Part shown: positions 1 through 12,490 of the stretch, piece by piece | How the letters are laid out: each line of letters begins with the position of its first letter | Numbering within the stretch: the stretch's first letter is position 1 | Source: Phoronis australis | Lineage: Eukaryota; Animalia; Phoronida | Direction: 5' to 3' | DNA: 64,000 nt | Assembly (NCBI GenBank): GCA_002633005.1 | Contig: NMRA01000032.1 | Span: 1,500,672 to 1,564,671 of the forward strand | The notes under the pieces: generated by a model | Told to the model about the DNA's origin: nothing | Database searches by the model: none | The model's input: only the letters and a program-made list of their open reading frames with translations | Program-made: the position numbers and the translations under genes

Positions 1-1767
1 ACTGACGAGTAAATTTATTATATAATGAGACCAAAGCTTATCTATTCCGTTGCTAAATGGTAGACTTTGACATGTAATGCTATTAATAAATATACTAAGA
101 ACGGACAAGAAAAAACATGAAAAACACCCTCTTTGTGACTCGTACATACAATACGCGGGATTGCTGCGTTTGCCTGTAGAACTAAGCACACGCACGCATG
201 GGAGACACACGATTCAAATTTCATAGAACCAGCGTATCATTTCAGGTATAGGCGCATTTACCAAAAAGGCACATATAAGGCAGAACTATTCTAAAGCGGA
301 TATTTTCGTATATCAGTGCATGGGACATATTATACGCGGATTTACGGGACGCATACAAATTGGTCAACAAAAACAACGCGATTTTTTAGTTAGCCACTGC
401 CAGTTGAAGTTGTGTAAGTACAATGTATCAAATGGTGAATAGACTTGTTTATTTGTTGATAGGAAGGGGACTTAAATGACCGCAGTTCTAGAAAAAGTCA
501 AAGAGTGCGCTGGATGTAAATAAGGACATATTGCAAAAATCGATTCATTTCGGAAGAAAGTGCTTCGTGATAGCCTTTTGTAAGATTGAGATACTAAAAG
601 CACACACTGGGAAATGAAACATGCAAGGGCAATTAATTACAAAACTAAATGAGACGAGCGCATTGTAATTGGTTTTCAAATTTAATGCAACTGAAAACGA
701 GAAACATGTGTTTTGTTCGATTAGTGTATGTGGTTGACAGTGATATGATGTCGTGCATGAGAAATAAGGGGAAAAGTTCACTTGTAACCTATAGACGTCA
801 ATAAAGACTAAAATTCCTCGTTTATATTCACTAGAGATGTATGCAATTCAGTATTAATGGTCCCATTACTAAAATATTCATTTTGTATTTGAAAAAAAAA
901 ACATATTGATAACTACGGAAAACCAGTCGAGGTTAAATCCGTAGCCCAGACGCGGGGGGAAATATTGTGATTTGTAGACCTTTTCTTTCGTTCCTCAACA
1001 CTACGTCACCAGTTCTTCCCCCTGTTGTCGCAGTTTCTCTCCTAGTTTACCTACGTCACAAATCCACAGTTTAAAATGAAAGGATACAATTTTCATTATG
1101 CCCCGTGAGGGTTCTGCACAGGAACAAATGTGTCTTAACTCGATCTTAGTGTCCTTCTGCTGCCACAGAAAGGAATTAATTTTGTCGTTTCAGAAGTGGA
1201 GTCAAAGAACCAGTGCATGGGCGGACATTTAATTGCCGATGCGTGGGGGAAGTATTCGCAACCGTGGCACTCCCTGGGGCGAATACCAACTTCTATGCTT
1301 GGACGAGTTATTTATCTTATGCATTTGAAAATGTCATAAAAAATAGACAAACCAGCTCATAAATCGTTTTGTAGTTGGAAACTCATTTCATGCTTGGCTC
1401 ATCGAGTATTTCTTGTCTGAGAGGAGGAATGATGACTCACTTTGAACAGCTATAGAACAGTGTGCGTCAGCGACATTACTCTTAAAACATATTCCGTGCA
1501 TTCGAACTCGTGCCTTTCAACCGCTTCGATCCACAAAAGTGCATGCAAGTAACATAGCAATCCTAATCTTATCTTCTTTGCTCAGTATAAGTTTCATGGC
1601 GATCATAAAGTGAATGTTCATTTTACCCATCCTCGACTTTTCTGGTACGTTTCAAAAATAAAGATTTACCAGCTCCCGACACATTTGTTCATAAGAGACA
1701 AGGTGACGTTAGTAACGGACGACAATGAGAACATTGAGTTTCATCGGCAGTAGCTCTTAACATAGGT

Positions 1768-2011
1768 TAGATAAAAAAAAATAATTGCAGGCGGTCTGGT
1801 ACACGTTTTACCAGACACAGGCTGCGCATATGGGCCCATTGCACTGATCACCTGGAAATATTTTTGTGCTTTATTAATATATAGTTAAAACCGAGCTGAG
1901 GAACTAGAAACCTGACTCAAGGGTCTAGCAGTGTAGCCCAGTGGGACTCGAACCCACGACCTCGAGTAAAGAAGGCGGACACCTATCACACTAGGCCCAC
2001 ACTACCTCCTC
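1768..2011 (-). mobile_element. tRNA-derived SINE with 10-bp target-site duplication
   Basis: The minus strand has an A-box-like TGGGCCTAGTGTG and a B box GGTTCGAGTCCCA, a body and a T-rich tail. It is flanked by the direct repeat TAACATAGGT at 1758-1767 and 2012-2021. Confidence 0.7.
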
Positions 2012-2940
2012 TAACATAGGTCAAAGGCCAGTAAAAGATCACGACCTCCTTACATGACATTTTTTATTCCACTATAAGATCATATTTCATTTAGTGTGAA
2101 CTGGATATTACAAAATAATCCTCTTATTAGCAAAGTTTAATTGGTACACTCACAGTGGAAAAATTTGCGGCTCACAGCAGCTACACTACTCTTTCCCAGG
2201 CGAGCTACTAGTGTGCTGTACATGTGGCCCGGTTAAATAGGTAGTTCTTCGCATCCAGTTTCTGTAATTAGACGATTGGAACACCCTCACCACTAGCAAC
2301 GTGCGACCACTCGATGAAAAAAAAAACTCGTTTGCTGCCTCTTTTACTGAACGACTTCTACGAGGCACTGTTATTTTTATAACCGTTCTTTATTGTACAT
2401 CTGAACAAATTACCTGAGCGCACCTTGAATCGGATTAGCGTCGAGCATACTGACGTCACGCGAGACATTTGAAAAAATCTAAATTCTGTCTACCTTAATC
2501 GTAATCGCCCCCGGTTTCCGAAAAAAATTCGGGCAACACGACAAACCAAATAGTGCTATTTCCGAGTTAACTTCAGAAATTAAAGACAAAGACTCTTCAT
2601 TTATAACAAGTCTAATCCACGAGCTTAGTTTGTACTGCGCGCAGAAACATGTTTCGGAGTAATGTCGAATGTTTACGTCGTCATGTTTCGCCAAGATATG
2701 ACCAACAGTATCAAGTGTTATCGAGGTTACCGGATATTGTTTTGAACGCATGAGTATCATGTCATTGTAAATTAGCGTGCAGTATTAACAGTAGTGATAT
2801 AATATCTGTCTTGTCGGTGTTTACCGTTGAAATAAATCGGAAACTAGGTGGAATAGTGTATTTACAAATGGACTTAAAAGCCGCCGCAACTGTTACAGGT
2901 AGCAGCATTTATTTCACTGGTTGAACGAAACGGAAGCATC

Positions 2941-4143
2941 ATGCAGTCTAGCGCAAACGGAACGTTCAACCTTTCTGCAGTGGAAATCAACCTCACTCGG
3001 TCGCGTGCCAGCGATTTTCCCGAATCTCTCGCAACGTGGAATCTGATACAAAACATCGCTTTCTTCACCTCCTTCGTAATTCACGGCTGCTCAATCCTGC
3101 TCAATTCTTCAACCTTGTTGATACTCGCGGGACTTCGACATCATCTTTCTCCATCGCTGTATCTCATTGTTCACTTGAGTATATCTGATCTCGTTACTTC
3201 CGTCACTGGCCTACTATACGTGGTATTGTCGTTTTTAGTTCAGATGAAAACAGAGCTGTCGGACCAACTTCGCGTAAGGCAGTCGATGATGCAATTTCAG
3301 TGCGGACTGTATTACGTGGGTCACGTGTGGGATGCCGCCACGTATGCCAACCTCTTTACGCTTATTCTGTTAGCTGTGGATCACTGGGTGGCGATACACA
3401 AGCCACTGAGATACCAAACCATTGTCACCAAGCGTCGACTCTACGTGTCCACGATTATTATGTGGTGTACAGCAGGTCTAATGGGATTCATGTCGGAATT
3501 TTTCATTGTCTCGTCAGACATGGAAAGCAAAGGATATTTCTATAGCAAAACGTCTCCACTGACGTACGAATGCTTTCGACTACTGTCTTACATATATTAC
3601 ACGTATTACAGCGAAAGAAATGGTACACCAGACAAGGTAGTTTTATTCGCTTCCTCCTGTTCCGTTATAGGGATAGCGCTAATTTTGATTGTATATGTTT
3701 ACGTCAGCATTTACATTGTTGTGAGGAACCTGATGCCTGTCCATGCACACGGATCGAATTGGAAAACAGAGGGAGCGAAAAGACCTTCAAATCGAAAGGC
3801 CATTGTAACCACCCTTGCATTGCAAGTGGCATTTCTGCTGGGATATGCACCTTACTTCGTATACCAGATTATCGAAACATTCTTGGACGTTCCAACGCTA
3901 TTTCCAAACGACGTTGCCCGCGCAGTGTTCGGCATTTTCACAATAACTATGGTCAGCGTTTGTTCCTTATTGGACCCAATAATTTACGCAAGTCGCATGA
4001 GTGACGTGCGGCGGGTTATCTCGAGAGTAGCCAATAGAATCAAATGTTGTAAGATCAAGCGAAGGAGCGACAGTAGTTACGACGTCAGTTCAGACTCTGT
4101 TTCGAGCAAGACCCACAAAAGCACTTTTGTGGCTAAACTATGA
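2941..4143 (+). CDS. Class A (rhodopsin-like) orphan GPCR, melanocortin/adenosine-receptor-like, single coding exon
   Basis: 400-aa ORF with seven hydrophobic segments. It has N-terminal N-glycosylation sites (NGT, NLS, NLT), TM2 LSISD, TM3 AVDHWVAIHKPLRY (DRY position), TM4 W, TM6 FLLGYAPY, TM7 DPIIY, and a Cys-Cys plus Ser-rich tail. Confidence 0.92.
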   Translation: MQSSANGTFNLSAVEINLTRSRASDFPESLATWNLIQNIAFFTSFVIHGCSILLNSSTLLILAGLRHHLSPSLYLIVHLSISDLVTSVTGLLYVVLSFLVQMKTELSDQLRVRQSMMQFQCGLYYVGHVWDAATYANLFTLILLAVDHWVAIHKPLRYQTIVTKRRLYVSTIIMWCTAGLMGFMSEFFIVSSDMESKGYFYSKTSPLTYECFRLLSYIYYTYYSERNGTPDKVVLFASSCSVIGIALILIVYVYVSIYIVVRNLMPVHAHGSNWKTEGAKRPSNRKAIVTTLALQVAFLLGYAPYFVYQIIETFLDVPTLFPNDVARAVFGIFTITMVSVCSLLDPIIYASRMSDVRRVISRVANRIKCCKIKRRSDSSYDVSSDSVSSKTHKSTFVAKL

Positions 4144-5570
4144 TCACCGGCTATTCAAACAGCACTTTGGATTTAGAACCTATAAACGTCCGCATTTGTG
4201 TATATATGAACGCGAGATGCGTATTCTTTTGAATTGTGTCTACTCGTAGTAAGTGTTCCTGTGAATGCGCATATGGAGAATGGAGAAGTGCGCGTTGCCA
4301 CAGAACAACAGGTGGCAGGTAACGATCGTTCTGGTCACGTGGTCGTCACCACAATCGGTCATAGTCGAAGTGGTAAACAAGCTAGGAGAAATCCAGTGCC
4401 AGTTAATTATTATTTTTCTGTATTCTACAATTTACGGGTATATGTATATCTATGAACTTTTGGCCCTGATTATAAGCCGTTGTTTTGAAGTGTGTGTTTA
4501 TGTTCGACATATGTGCCCAATAACAATGTTTTGGTCATTCAGTGTATATGATTTCTCGAGAGAGCACTTTTCTGAATATTCATAATGTCTTGCTTAAGTG
4601 ACAAGGTAAGATTAATTGTTTGGCGCGTGTATCATCAATTTGCACGCAACAAGAAATGAAGAATTTTAGTGAATACTTTTTACTATTATATGCGGGTTTG
4701 TGGATTATGCTAAAGAGTCATTCGTACATAAACATGGATTCTTGATTATTTTGGAATTTTATTTATTACGAAGCATCTATTTTCTGGCCACGTATACGAA
4801 CGCAATGTCAAACTAAAACATAATTGCCCCTTAATTGAGCAATGTTAATCGCTGATGTAGTTTTCAGCAACAGGTCACTAGCAGTTAATAGGATATTTAT
4901 CAGACGACGGAAAGGACGCCTGAATCTGCCGGCACGAGAGGAGCCGCCTAGAACACAGGCGCAATATTGTAAGGCTGTGAGAATATTAATTGAAAAACAT
5001 TCCTGTATTTCCAAGTGGAAGTTATTTGCTGTAGACAAGAAACCGGTTATTTTGCAAAAGCAGCTGTTTTTATCACATGGAATCACCTTGGTCAGGGCGG
5101 ACTCTAGAATTGTTTGTATAGAGTTTCATTTCTAATCGGTGTTGTATTTAGTTTCTTTTTTTTCTATCTGTATCTCAGATCCTTCCTGTATATAGTGCCG
5201 GTATAGTAATAAAAGGAATTTCCAATCAAATGCACATATGTTTACTCTTTATCAAATGTTACTCCTAATCTGAACACAGGCCAGTCATTATATAGCTTAC
5301 AATTGATTGCAATTTCCTTTAAAACACAATAGTTATAATCGGAAAGTCAAATATATTACTACATCGTTAACGTCGTTAAACATGGGCTATTAAAACGGCT
5401 AATGTTAGTTCAGTATTTGGGCCGCCGGTCCGTATACACATGCAGTTAACTCCTTGCAATGACGCTTATGAAACGAGGCAATAATAATTTACGACAAATA
5501 AAACTACTGGCATAGCTATCATTAAAAACGTATCGTTTGCATTTACTTTTTAACGTTTGTGTAGCAAATT

Positions 5571-6605
5571 CAAGGTACCTAAACTACGCGGTTAACGGAC
5601 TGCTAAACACGGTGTCGGACGCAAAAACACGACTCATTAACTTGCACACACCGTTCACTGACTCACAGACACGGGATCGGACTGACAAAGGCCGATTCAC
5701 TCACCCAAAATACACGTTCACGGTCTCACATTCAAGTTGAAACACGGCACACGGACCGCCAAACACGGCTTATGGATAAAATGTAGAAATCGGCTTCAAC
5801 AGCTGTGTGCGAGATTAAATATAATTTTGAACATAATTTGTCTGCAATGCTATGTAATTGTTGTGAACTAAAAACAATAAACAATATTTTATTTAAATTG
5901 CTTATTTGAACTACAACTTATTGGCGTCTAAAATCTTTTTGTATCACCAATTCTCAATTTTGCTTTCTTCTCAAAGTGACGTGGACCATTCAAACTCCGT
6001 AAAAAGACCCTCTGTTTCATTTCCCTTTCTGCGTAGTAATCACCGTGTGACTATTTCGCGCTATTTACCCCAGAAGCCGATGAGTCCGTGACCATACATT
6101 CGGCATGCTTTATTGGACAATAGATTATAATCTCATGGGCGCACCCAGGGGTGCATCCCAATTTGGCGAATTGGGCAAAAAAAGTCGGCCTCAGTGAAAC
6201 AAAAAGTCCGAGTAAACGAGACAAAAGTCCACAAAATCCCACAAGAAGTCGGCGCAAATGCACAATTCGTGGGGCTGAACCAAATGGCTCCGTTTTTATT
6301 TTTTTATTTTATTTTTTTAGTCTTCGTTGATTTCTTTCAATAAAAAGTCGGCACACCGAAAATTTCGAGCCCCCATGCTTTAGGCTGAGTACGCGCATGA
6401 ATCTGTGAATCTGTGATTGGAGTGAAGACCGTGTTTGGCGGTGCGTGTGAGTCCGTGACCATGTATTTTGGGTGAATGAATCGTATTTTTTGAGTCCGAT
6501 AACGTGTATGTGAGTCAGTGTACGGTGTTTACAGGTACGTGAGTCGTGTTTTTGAGTCCGACATCGTGTTTAGCATTCCGTTAACCGTGTAGTTTAGGTA
6601 TCTTG
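5571..6605. mobile_element. Non-autonomous foldback element with long (~200 bp) imperfect terminal inverted repeats
   Basis: The left end CAAGGTACCTAAACTACGCGGTTAACGGACTGCTAAACACG.. is the reverse complement of the right end ..CGTGTTTAGCATTCCGTTAACCGTGTAGTTTAGGTATCTTG. No transposase ORF is present. Confidence 0.75.
6134..6399. mobile_element. MITE (copy 1), nested in the foldback element
   Basis: Imperfect TIRs CATGGGCGCACCCAG / CTGAGTACGCGCATG with AATCT on both sides. A homologous copy lies at 16472-16694. Confidence 0.65.
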
Positions 6606-8079
6606 AAACTCCAATTTAACACAACGCTTTTTCATCTGCCCATTCTGAGCTTCCCCATTGCAGATATCTCCTATAACATGTCTTGAGAATGATGTTGTAT
6701 GCCGTAAGTTGCTAGAAGCATTGATCATTTAAATTTGAGAGCTCGGGCCAGAGCTACCAAGACATGAGAAACTGAGAACGCACGCATGCACAGGCTCTTC
6801 ATCGATAGAGGTCTCTGCAAGTTTGTATCTCAAACTTTTCTGTACGTGTTCGCGCCAGGTGTTTTATAATACACTCGGATCTTCTCTGACAATGACCGAT
6901 GAGACTGGTCAAAGATCTAGGAATAAATGTAAATTGTGCGCCCATATGTAGGTCTGCATGTTCTCACCATGTTTTCTGGAACTCGTGGGACTGAGAAAGC
7001 TAGAATCGGCAGAACACAGCCAGCTCGTGGATTTACTTAGTTCTGGAAATGTCCACAGACATACAAGGAGTTATGTTGGTTATTGCTTATTACACGTTTT
7101 CGTCGCAGTAAAATTGATTTATTTTATAGATTTGAATTTGGCATTTTTGCTTAACACCCTTATGCGTGTCTTTGCTAAAATTGAAAGTTACCTCATCGGT
7201 CTTAGACCTTGTGAGATGTAGAAGTCAAATACTGCGGGCCGGGAAGACACGGACAATTTCATCCGCACTTAAAGGAATGGCTTTTAATCATAAACAAAAC
7301 CAATGTGGAAGCCACTCATGATCTGGTGTTTAAAAATTCAGCTTACCGGAGAGGCCCATTTGCTCTTCTTAAGCAGGGTATCACGTTTAAGAGCACCGAT
7401 GCCTCTGTGTCTGCGGTTATGTCACGCTTTGCTGCGATTTTTTCTCGAACAGTTAGTGTTGTGGTCAGAGTAAAAAGGAATGCCATGTATGTTAATGACA
7501 GTTGAAATCCATTCAGTGCCGTAAAGACGGTTTGCATATTTGGACAGGGAAATCCCACAATGTCTATGCATCCACTTATCTAAATTTCCAATCTTGAATA
7601 AAAATTAGAAAATATTGCCGCTTCATCAGTTACTGACAGACTGCTCTCCGGCTCAGTTTTGTTCCTGTAGTTTATAATTACCTTTATCGTTAAGCCGCAT
7701 CTCTGCTAATGTTCTTGTTTGTAACCCCTAAACTTTTTACTTTTTCATCCAGCGATACCGGCGGCGGGGACGGGCCATTGAACCACGCTCGAACTGTGGT
7801 TAAAACACGCCGAGTAGTCACGCCGGTTGAACAGAAATAGCCACAGTGTGTAATGTATGCTGCTATTCTGATATATTTTTATATTATGCGCTGATATATT
7901 TTAAATTGCTTGCTTATTTCAAACTCCACTTTGGCTCGATATCAAAGGCGGAATTCCCTTTTGACCTACTTAACTATAATTATGACGTCAAATGCGGAAA
8001 GGAATTCCTTCTCGCTACGTGACTTGTGGCACGAAAGCAAGTCGTCACTCACCACGCACGAGTCAGAACAGGTCACGTA

Positions 8080-8124
8080 GTCATTTTAGTTTCGCCAACT
8101 GTGCTGGAAAGTTGTAGAAAGAAG
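8080..8124 (+). other. Probable non-coding first exon of the NMES1-like gene
   Basis: Strong donor AAG|GTGAGT after 8124 and an Inr-like TCATTT near 8081. An acceptor TTTTAAG| at 8957 lies just upstream of the ATG exon. The start position is approximate. Confidence 0.45.
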
Positions 8125-8977
8125 GTGAGTCTATTTTATAAAAACATGAATGAAAATATTATCAGTCTGTCTTCTTAATAAGCATGTATGAAGTGCGAGG
8201 TGAGGTTTTGTTGAGCCATTTGTCAAAGTTGAAGTTTTTTTGACGTGTTCGCATTTTCGGAAGCGTTGTAAATGTGAAACTGCTGTTGAAGCTAGTTTCT
8301 TTTTGTCTCTGTGACGTTTGACATTGTGTTCTGAACTATATAGAACGTGACGAGTGACGTAATTTGTGTGTCAACCTTCTATTCTCCGAGTTGAGAGATT
8401 ATTTTACCGACCGCCACTATGACTATCCGATAAACGCAACACTGTTCTATACAATAGGGACTCGAGGCTTGAAAAAATGTGTATGTAACGTAACACGGAG
8501 TTTAATCTCTGTACTCGAAATTCGCCTCGAAAATGGCCCCCGGTTTGACTTTTTTTCAGTCAATACTGAGTATAAGCATTCGCAAGTATCTATATGACAA
8601 GATTGGCATGGCATGCTTCGAGTTAACTTAGAAATTTGAACTCATCACGCGGCGTGATTGGTTATAGGCTAAGTTTCAACTTCGAGTCTTCGAGTTCAGA
8701 TATTAGATCCTGGGGCCAGACTTCTTTGTCGTTTTGTTTTTTCTGGCTCCACAAATTCGTATATAAAACCATGAATAATAATCAAATGTTAGCGACTATT
8801 TTACCAGTAGTATCTTTACCGCGGTAAACAGGAAGGTGGGCGACAATGGATGCGTACAAGACTGGTAGGCTAATCTTCATCAGTTGACTTTATGCACATT
8901 TTATTTGTTTAACTCACTACTACATTGCAGTGATGTATCCCCCATTTTTCTTTTAAGGCAAATCCTCGGAAGAAAAA

Positions 8978-9043
8978 ATGTCTGAATCTATGAAAGTGAA
9001 AACTTTTGGTTTTGGTCTCCGTGCATTCAAAAGATATCCAGAG
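8978..9043 (+). CDS. C15orf48: NMES1/C15orf48-like (NDUFA4/COXFA4 family) coding exon 1
   Basis: Encodes MSESMKVKTFGFGLRAFKRYPE followed by GAG|GTAAG (phase 0). It joins in frame to 11017 to give KRYPE-IIPL, the family K..PELIPL motif. Confidence 0.8.
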
Positions 9044-11016
9044 GTAAGACAAAGCATGTCTGAAGTGCAGAGTTGATATGAGTTCTTCATGAAACCCCAA
9101 TAACGTGAAATATGTTTTGCCGACCTTTAGAGTCGAATTAAAAGTAAAAATCTTTATTCATTTGATTGTTTCGGCGACGTTTTAATATTAGGCTACAAGA
9201 AAGCATGCCTACGATATCCTGGCAGGCGCTAAGCCTTGTGGTGAAATGCATAGAAAAATTTGTCAACTTTTCACTCGGTTTCTGATGATTGATGGTGGAT
9301 TTTATATCTGTCGCTTAGCAGTCTTTTCTTGACACCATTTGCCGAATGACGTCAGTGTAGTACACTCCTTTGTGGAGTTCGGTTTCCCACAAGAGCTTAT
9401 TTTTATACTAAAGTATATTGCATCTGCTATTCATGTCATCGGTGGCGAATATTCAGATTTTGAATTTGTTATCGATATATGTGCGTTAAGAAAAAATGCT
9501 TGCTTATTTACTTGCCTAGCTATGTATGTATGTATTATTAGTGTTTTTGTATTGTTTGTATAATTTTGTTGCCCAGATATAGATTTCTGGGCAATAATGT
9601 TCTCTTACTGTATCTTACCTTTACATGAAATAAAAAAGTCACAAAACCCAACCTCTAGGTAGAGCCGCTGTGAGTTGCTTTCATATCCTTGTTCAAAAGC
9701 TTCCAATTTTCCAAGAATGTGAAGAACTTGTTAAAAACTAATTATAGCACTCCTACGCCCCCACCCACCTCCGCATAAAAAGGCGGTTGGTTGCTCATCG
9801 ATTAACTTACAACCACTTGGAGAATTTTGTTGACCTGACAAGTCTGTAGAGCATGTAAAACATCTCACTTAACACCAGTCATGAAATGGTAAACCTATCA
9901 ACATTTATAGGTCAACTTATCATGTTGCTGTGTGATTAACCTATATTTTGACGGGTGTCTCGTGATAACTTAGTAAATCAAACGTACCCTGGATTTGTCC
10001 TGAAATGACACCTCATCCAGCCTACCTGGACACTCGCGATCACTTCATGCTCGTATTTTTTAGCATACTGTCTGTCTTCATTCTCATTTTTTCAGTAAAA
10101 ACTCAGAAACATGATGTGCCACGTGTTCCGTTTTCCACGAAAAGGATTTTTATTGTATGCCGTTTTCCGTTTTCAGTCCATCTATCCATTTACTGTTTAT
10201 CGAGTATCTATCGCCTATGATCTAACACATAAATTTCCTCCGTGACCTTTGCTGAAGCTATGTATCAAATTACTGTGATGTTCATTTACTACCTAAGCCA
10301 ACCCGGCGTATGTTTCGCCAAGAGTTATCAGTGATAATTTCCGTTTATGCTGCGGAATCATTAGTCGTAATTTGATGGTATTATTTGAACAAATTCCATC
10401 CAAATAACATTTTTATGTGTAGCTCTATTTGGATTTGCACGCAATCAGAGCCTTTTGACAGATAGCGAAAATCGATGCGTGTGCATCCTAGAGCATATAG
10501 ATTTGTTCTGATCCAGAATTTAGAATCTCTCACGCAAGCAGGCGCGGAACGCCTGCTCGGCATGCCAGCAGTTGATATAGGTCAGATGCTACATGTTTAC
10601 ACGTCATTGTGATAAACTGGCCATCTTTTATAATCTGCTTGAAATACTACTAAAATTAAGTGATCTCTACAGAACTGACTTCGGTCGCTGGTTATGGTGC
10701 TCGGCATGACGCCATCCCACGGTGCATTGTATAATGAAGTCTCTGATCGCCAATCCGCGTAAAGAGGTCCCTCTATATGACCGCCCGGTCAAGTGGCTTG
10801 CCCAAAAACCAGTTCACGGGGAACTCAACAAAGTAATGATGTGTGCACATTTGAAATGCGACCGAAATCGTATGTTTTTAAGGAAATACTGTATTCTTAA
10901 TATTTCACATATAGGCACGTGACTTTAAGATTCGCTTATGCGGGTGCACGTGGCCATCCCCTGCGTACTGCGTGCATGTCTGCTTGCTCGTCAATCTGTT
11001 GTTCTGTCTGCTTCAG

Positions 11017-11163
11017 ATAATACCGTTGAGCAGTTTCGTTGGTATTGCCGTGGTGGGCTGCGTCGGATACATGGGCTACGCACTCTACACCAAGCCAGAT
11101 CTTCAGTTGAGCAAGTCGAAACCGCTCAGGTTCGAAAACGTCGCACCAGAGCAAAGCACCAAG
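11017..11163 (+). CDS. C15orf48: NMES1/C15orf48-like coding exon 2
   Basis: ttcag| IIPLSSFVGIAVVGCVGYMGYALYTKPDLQLSKSKPLRFENVAPEQSTK |gtgagg. One TM helix followed by the K(P/T)D motif of the NDUFA4/B12D family. Confidence 0.88.
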
Positions 11164-11377
11164 GTGAGGTGCCTGCGAAGTTTAGAATGTCCATTTGTTG
11201 TTTGGGCATTGTTCTATGTAGCGGAGGAACTTCTGAAAACAAGCTCTATAGCCCGTTTACAGAGTGTCAATTTTTGCACATATGTGCCAAGACCCATTGC
11301 CAGCTGCGGATCTAAGCTGATATCGCAAGGGGTGGGGTACAACCATTGCTTGTCTTTTTTATTCTTACACTGTCGAT

Positions 11378-11458
11378 ATTTGGGAAACGGCATGAGCACA
11401 AACCATTAACAATGTAACCATACAGGTTTAAGTACGTGTGCGGCCGTTTTTCCTAGAA
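11378..11458 (+). ncRNA. Candidate miR-147/miR-210-like pre-miRNA hairpin
   Basis: The 5' arm TGGGAAACGGCATGAGCACAAAC pairs with the 3' arm GTGTGCGGCCGTTTTTCCTAG. The 3' arm begins with the miR-147 seed. The loop is long and the stem has asymmetric bulges. Confidence 0.35.
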
Positions 11459-12049
11459 AGTTCCAGTATTGGTTATAATTTTATGCAAGTGATGTTTCCA
11501 TGAAAATCTCGCGTTGCTTTTTTTTACTTTGCCTATGGCCATCATTAGGTGATTGTGTCAGCGTGGGTTATGTCATTTATTGATTGCAGAGTACTGGTAC
11601 GATTTTCATAATCCGTTTTATTACTACCTGTGAAAGCTCATATCAAACAGTTCACCAGTTTCTCCGGTTAGTTTGCAAATTTGCATTAACTTTATTTACA
11701 ACAAGAATTCATGAAAGGACAGTAAACCCGCGGCTTCTGTCAGCTTAGGCCATTCACTGCTATAAATTGGTCTCATTAGATTAGAATTTCTAGCCTTCCT
11801 ACTAATCAATAAATTATTTCTTCAGCCCAGACCCATCAGGGGAAAACACGCCTGCCTCTCGAAATATGTTCAATAAGTAAATTATAAAATTTATTTGCAC
11901 CAGTGAACTATCNGGGGGGGGGTGTTGTAAAGCCTTATTTTGCATTGGTGTTAGGTACACTGATGAATGTTCTGCAGTAATGTTATACTGGTACATTCAG
12001 GAATTATGACCATTTTGTGAATGTTATGTTGCGATATTATGCTGGTATA

Positions 12050-12372
12050 ATGCCATGTTATGTTACAATGTTACATGTGTACAATAACGTGTTATGTTAC
12101 AAAGTTACATGTGTACAATAACATGTTATGTTACAATGTTTCATGTGTACAATGTGATGTCATGTTACATGTGTACAATGTCATGTCATGTTACAATGTT
12201 ACATGTGCACAATAACATGTTATGTTACAATGTTACATGTGTACAATGCCATGTTATGTTACATTGTTACATGTGTACAATGCCATGTTATGCTACACGT
12301 GCACAATAACATGTTATGTTACAATATTACATGTGCACAATAACATGTTATGTTACAATGTTACATGTGTTC
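12050..12372. repeat. 34-bp minisatellite (~9 copies) in NMES1-like intron 2
   Basis: Unit GTTATGTTACAATGTTACATGTGTACAATAACAT, recurring at 12057, 12091, 12125 and onward. Confidence 0.9.
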
Positions 12373-12409
12373 AATGCACTCAGAATTAACATTACTAAAT
12401 ATATTTCAG

Positions 12410-12490
12410 CTCATCCAAATCAGCCAACAGTACAAGGCCATTCCCGAACTAGAGGCTTTGAGGAAAGAGATAGGAAGTTACAAGTCATAG
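12410..12490 (+). CDS. C15orf48: NMES1/C15orf48-like coding exon 3
   Basis: tttcag| LIQISQQYKAIPELEALRKEIGSYKS*. This resembles the C15orf48-type C-terminus (KLITINQQWKPIEEL, as recalled) rather than NDUFA4. The joined CDS 8978-9043, 11017-11163, 12410-12490 is 97 aa. Confidence 0.85.
   Translation, partial: LIQISQQYKAIPELEALRKEIGSYKS

Noticed and set aside
1925-2005. tRNA gene on the minus strand
   Set aside because: A and B boxes are present, but there is no convincing acceptor stem or cloverleaf, and it is followed by a body, tail and TSD, so it is a SINE head.
3300-4004. Alternative-frame ORFs overlapping the GPCR (and plus-strand ORFs overlapping the Roco exon)
   Set aside because: These are shadow ORFs of real coding sequence with no independent features.
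9180-9640. Possible LINE 3' end in an NMES1 intron
   Set aside because: Only a vague Cys/His-like remnant and an AATAAA tail are visible; it is too degraded to call.
10300-10340. Hammerhead-like CTGATAA..CGAAAC on the minus strand
   Set aside because: The core CUGANGA is not matched and no flanking helices could be found.
10972-11409. 145-aa ORF as a single-exon protein
   Set aside because: Only 11017-11163 is NMES1-like and bounded by splice sites; the rest is intron read-through.
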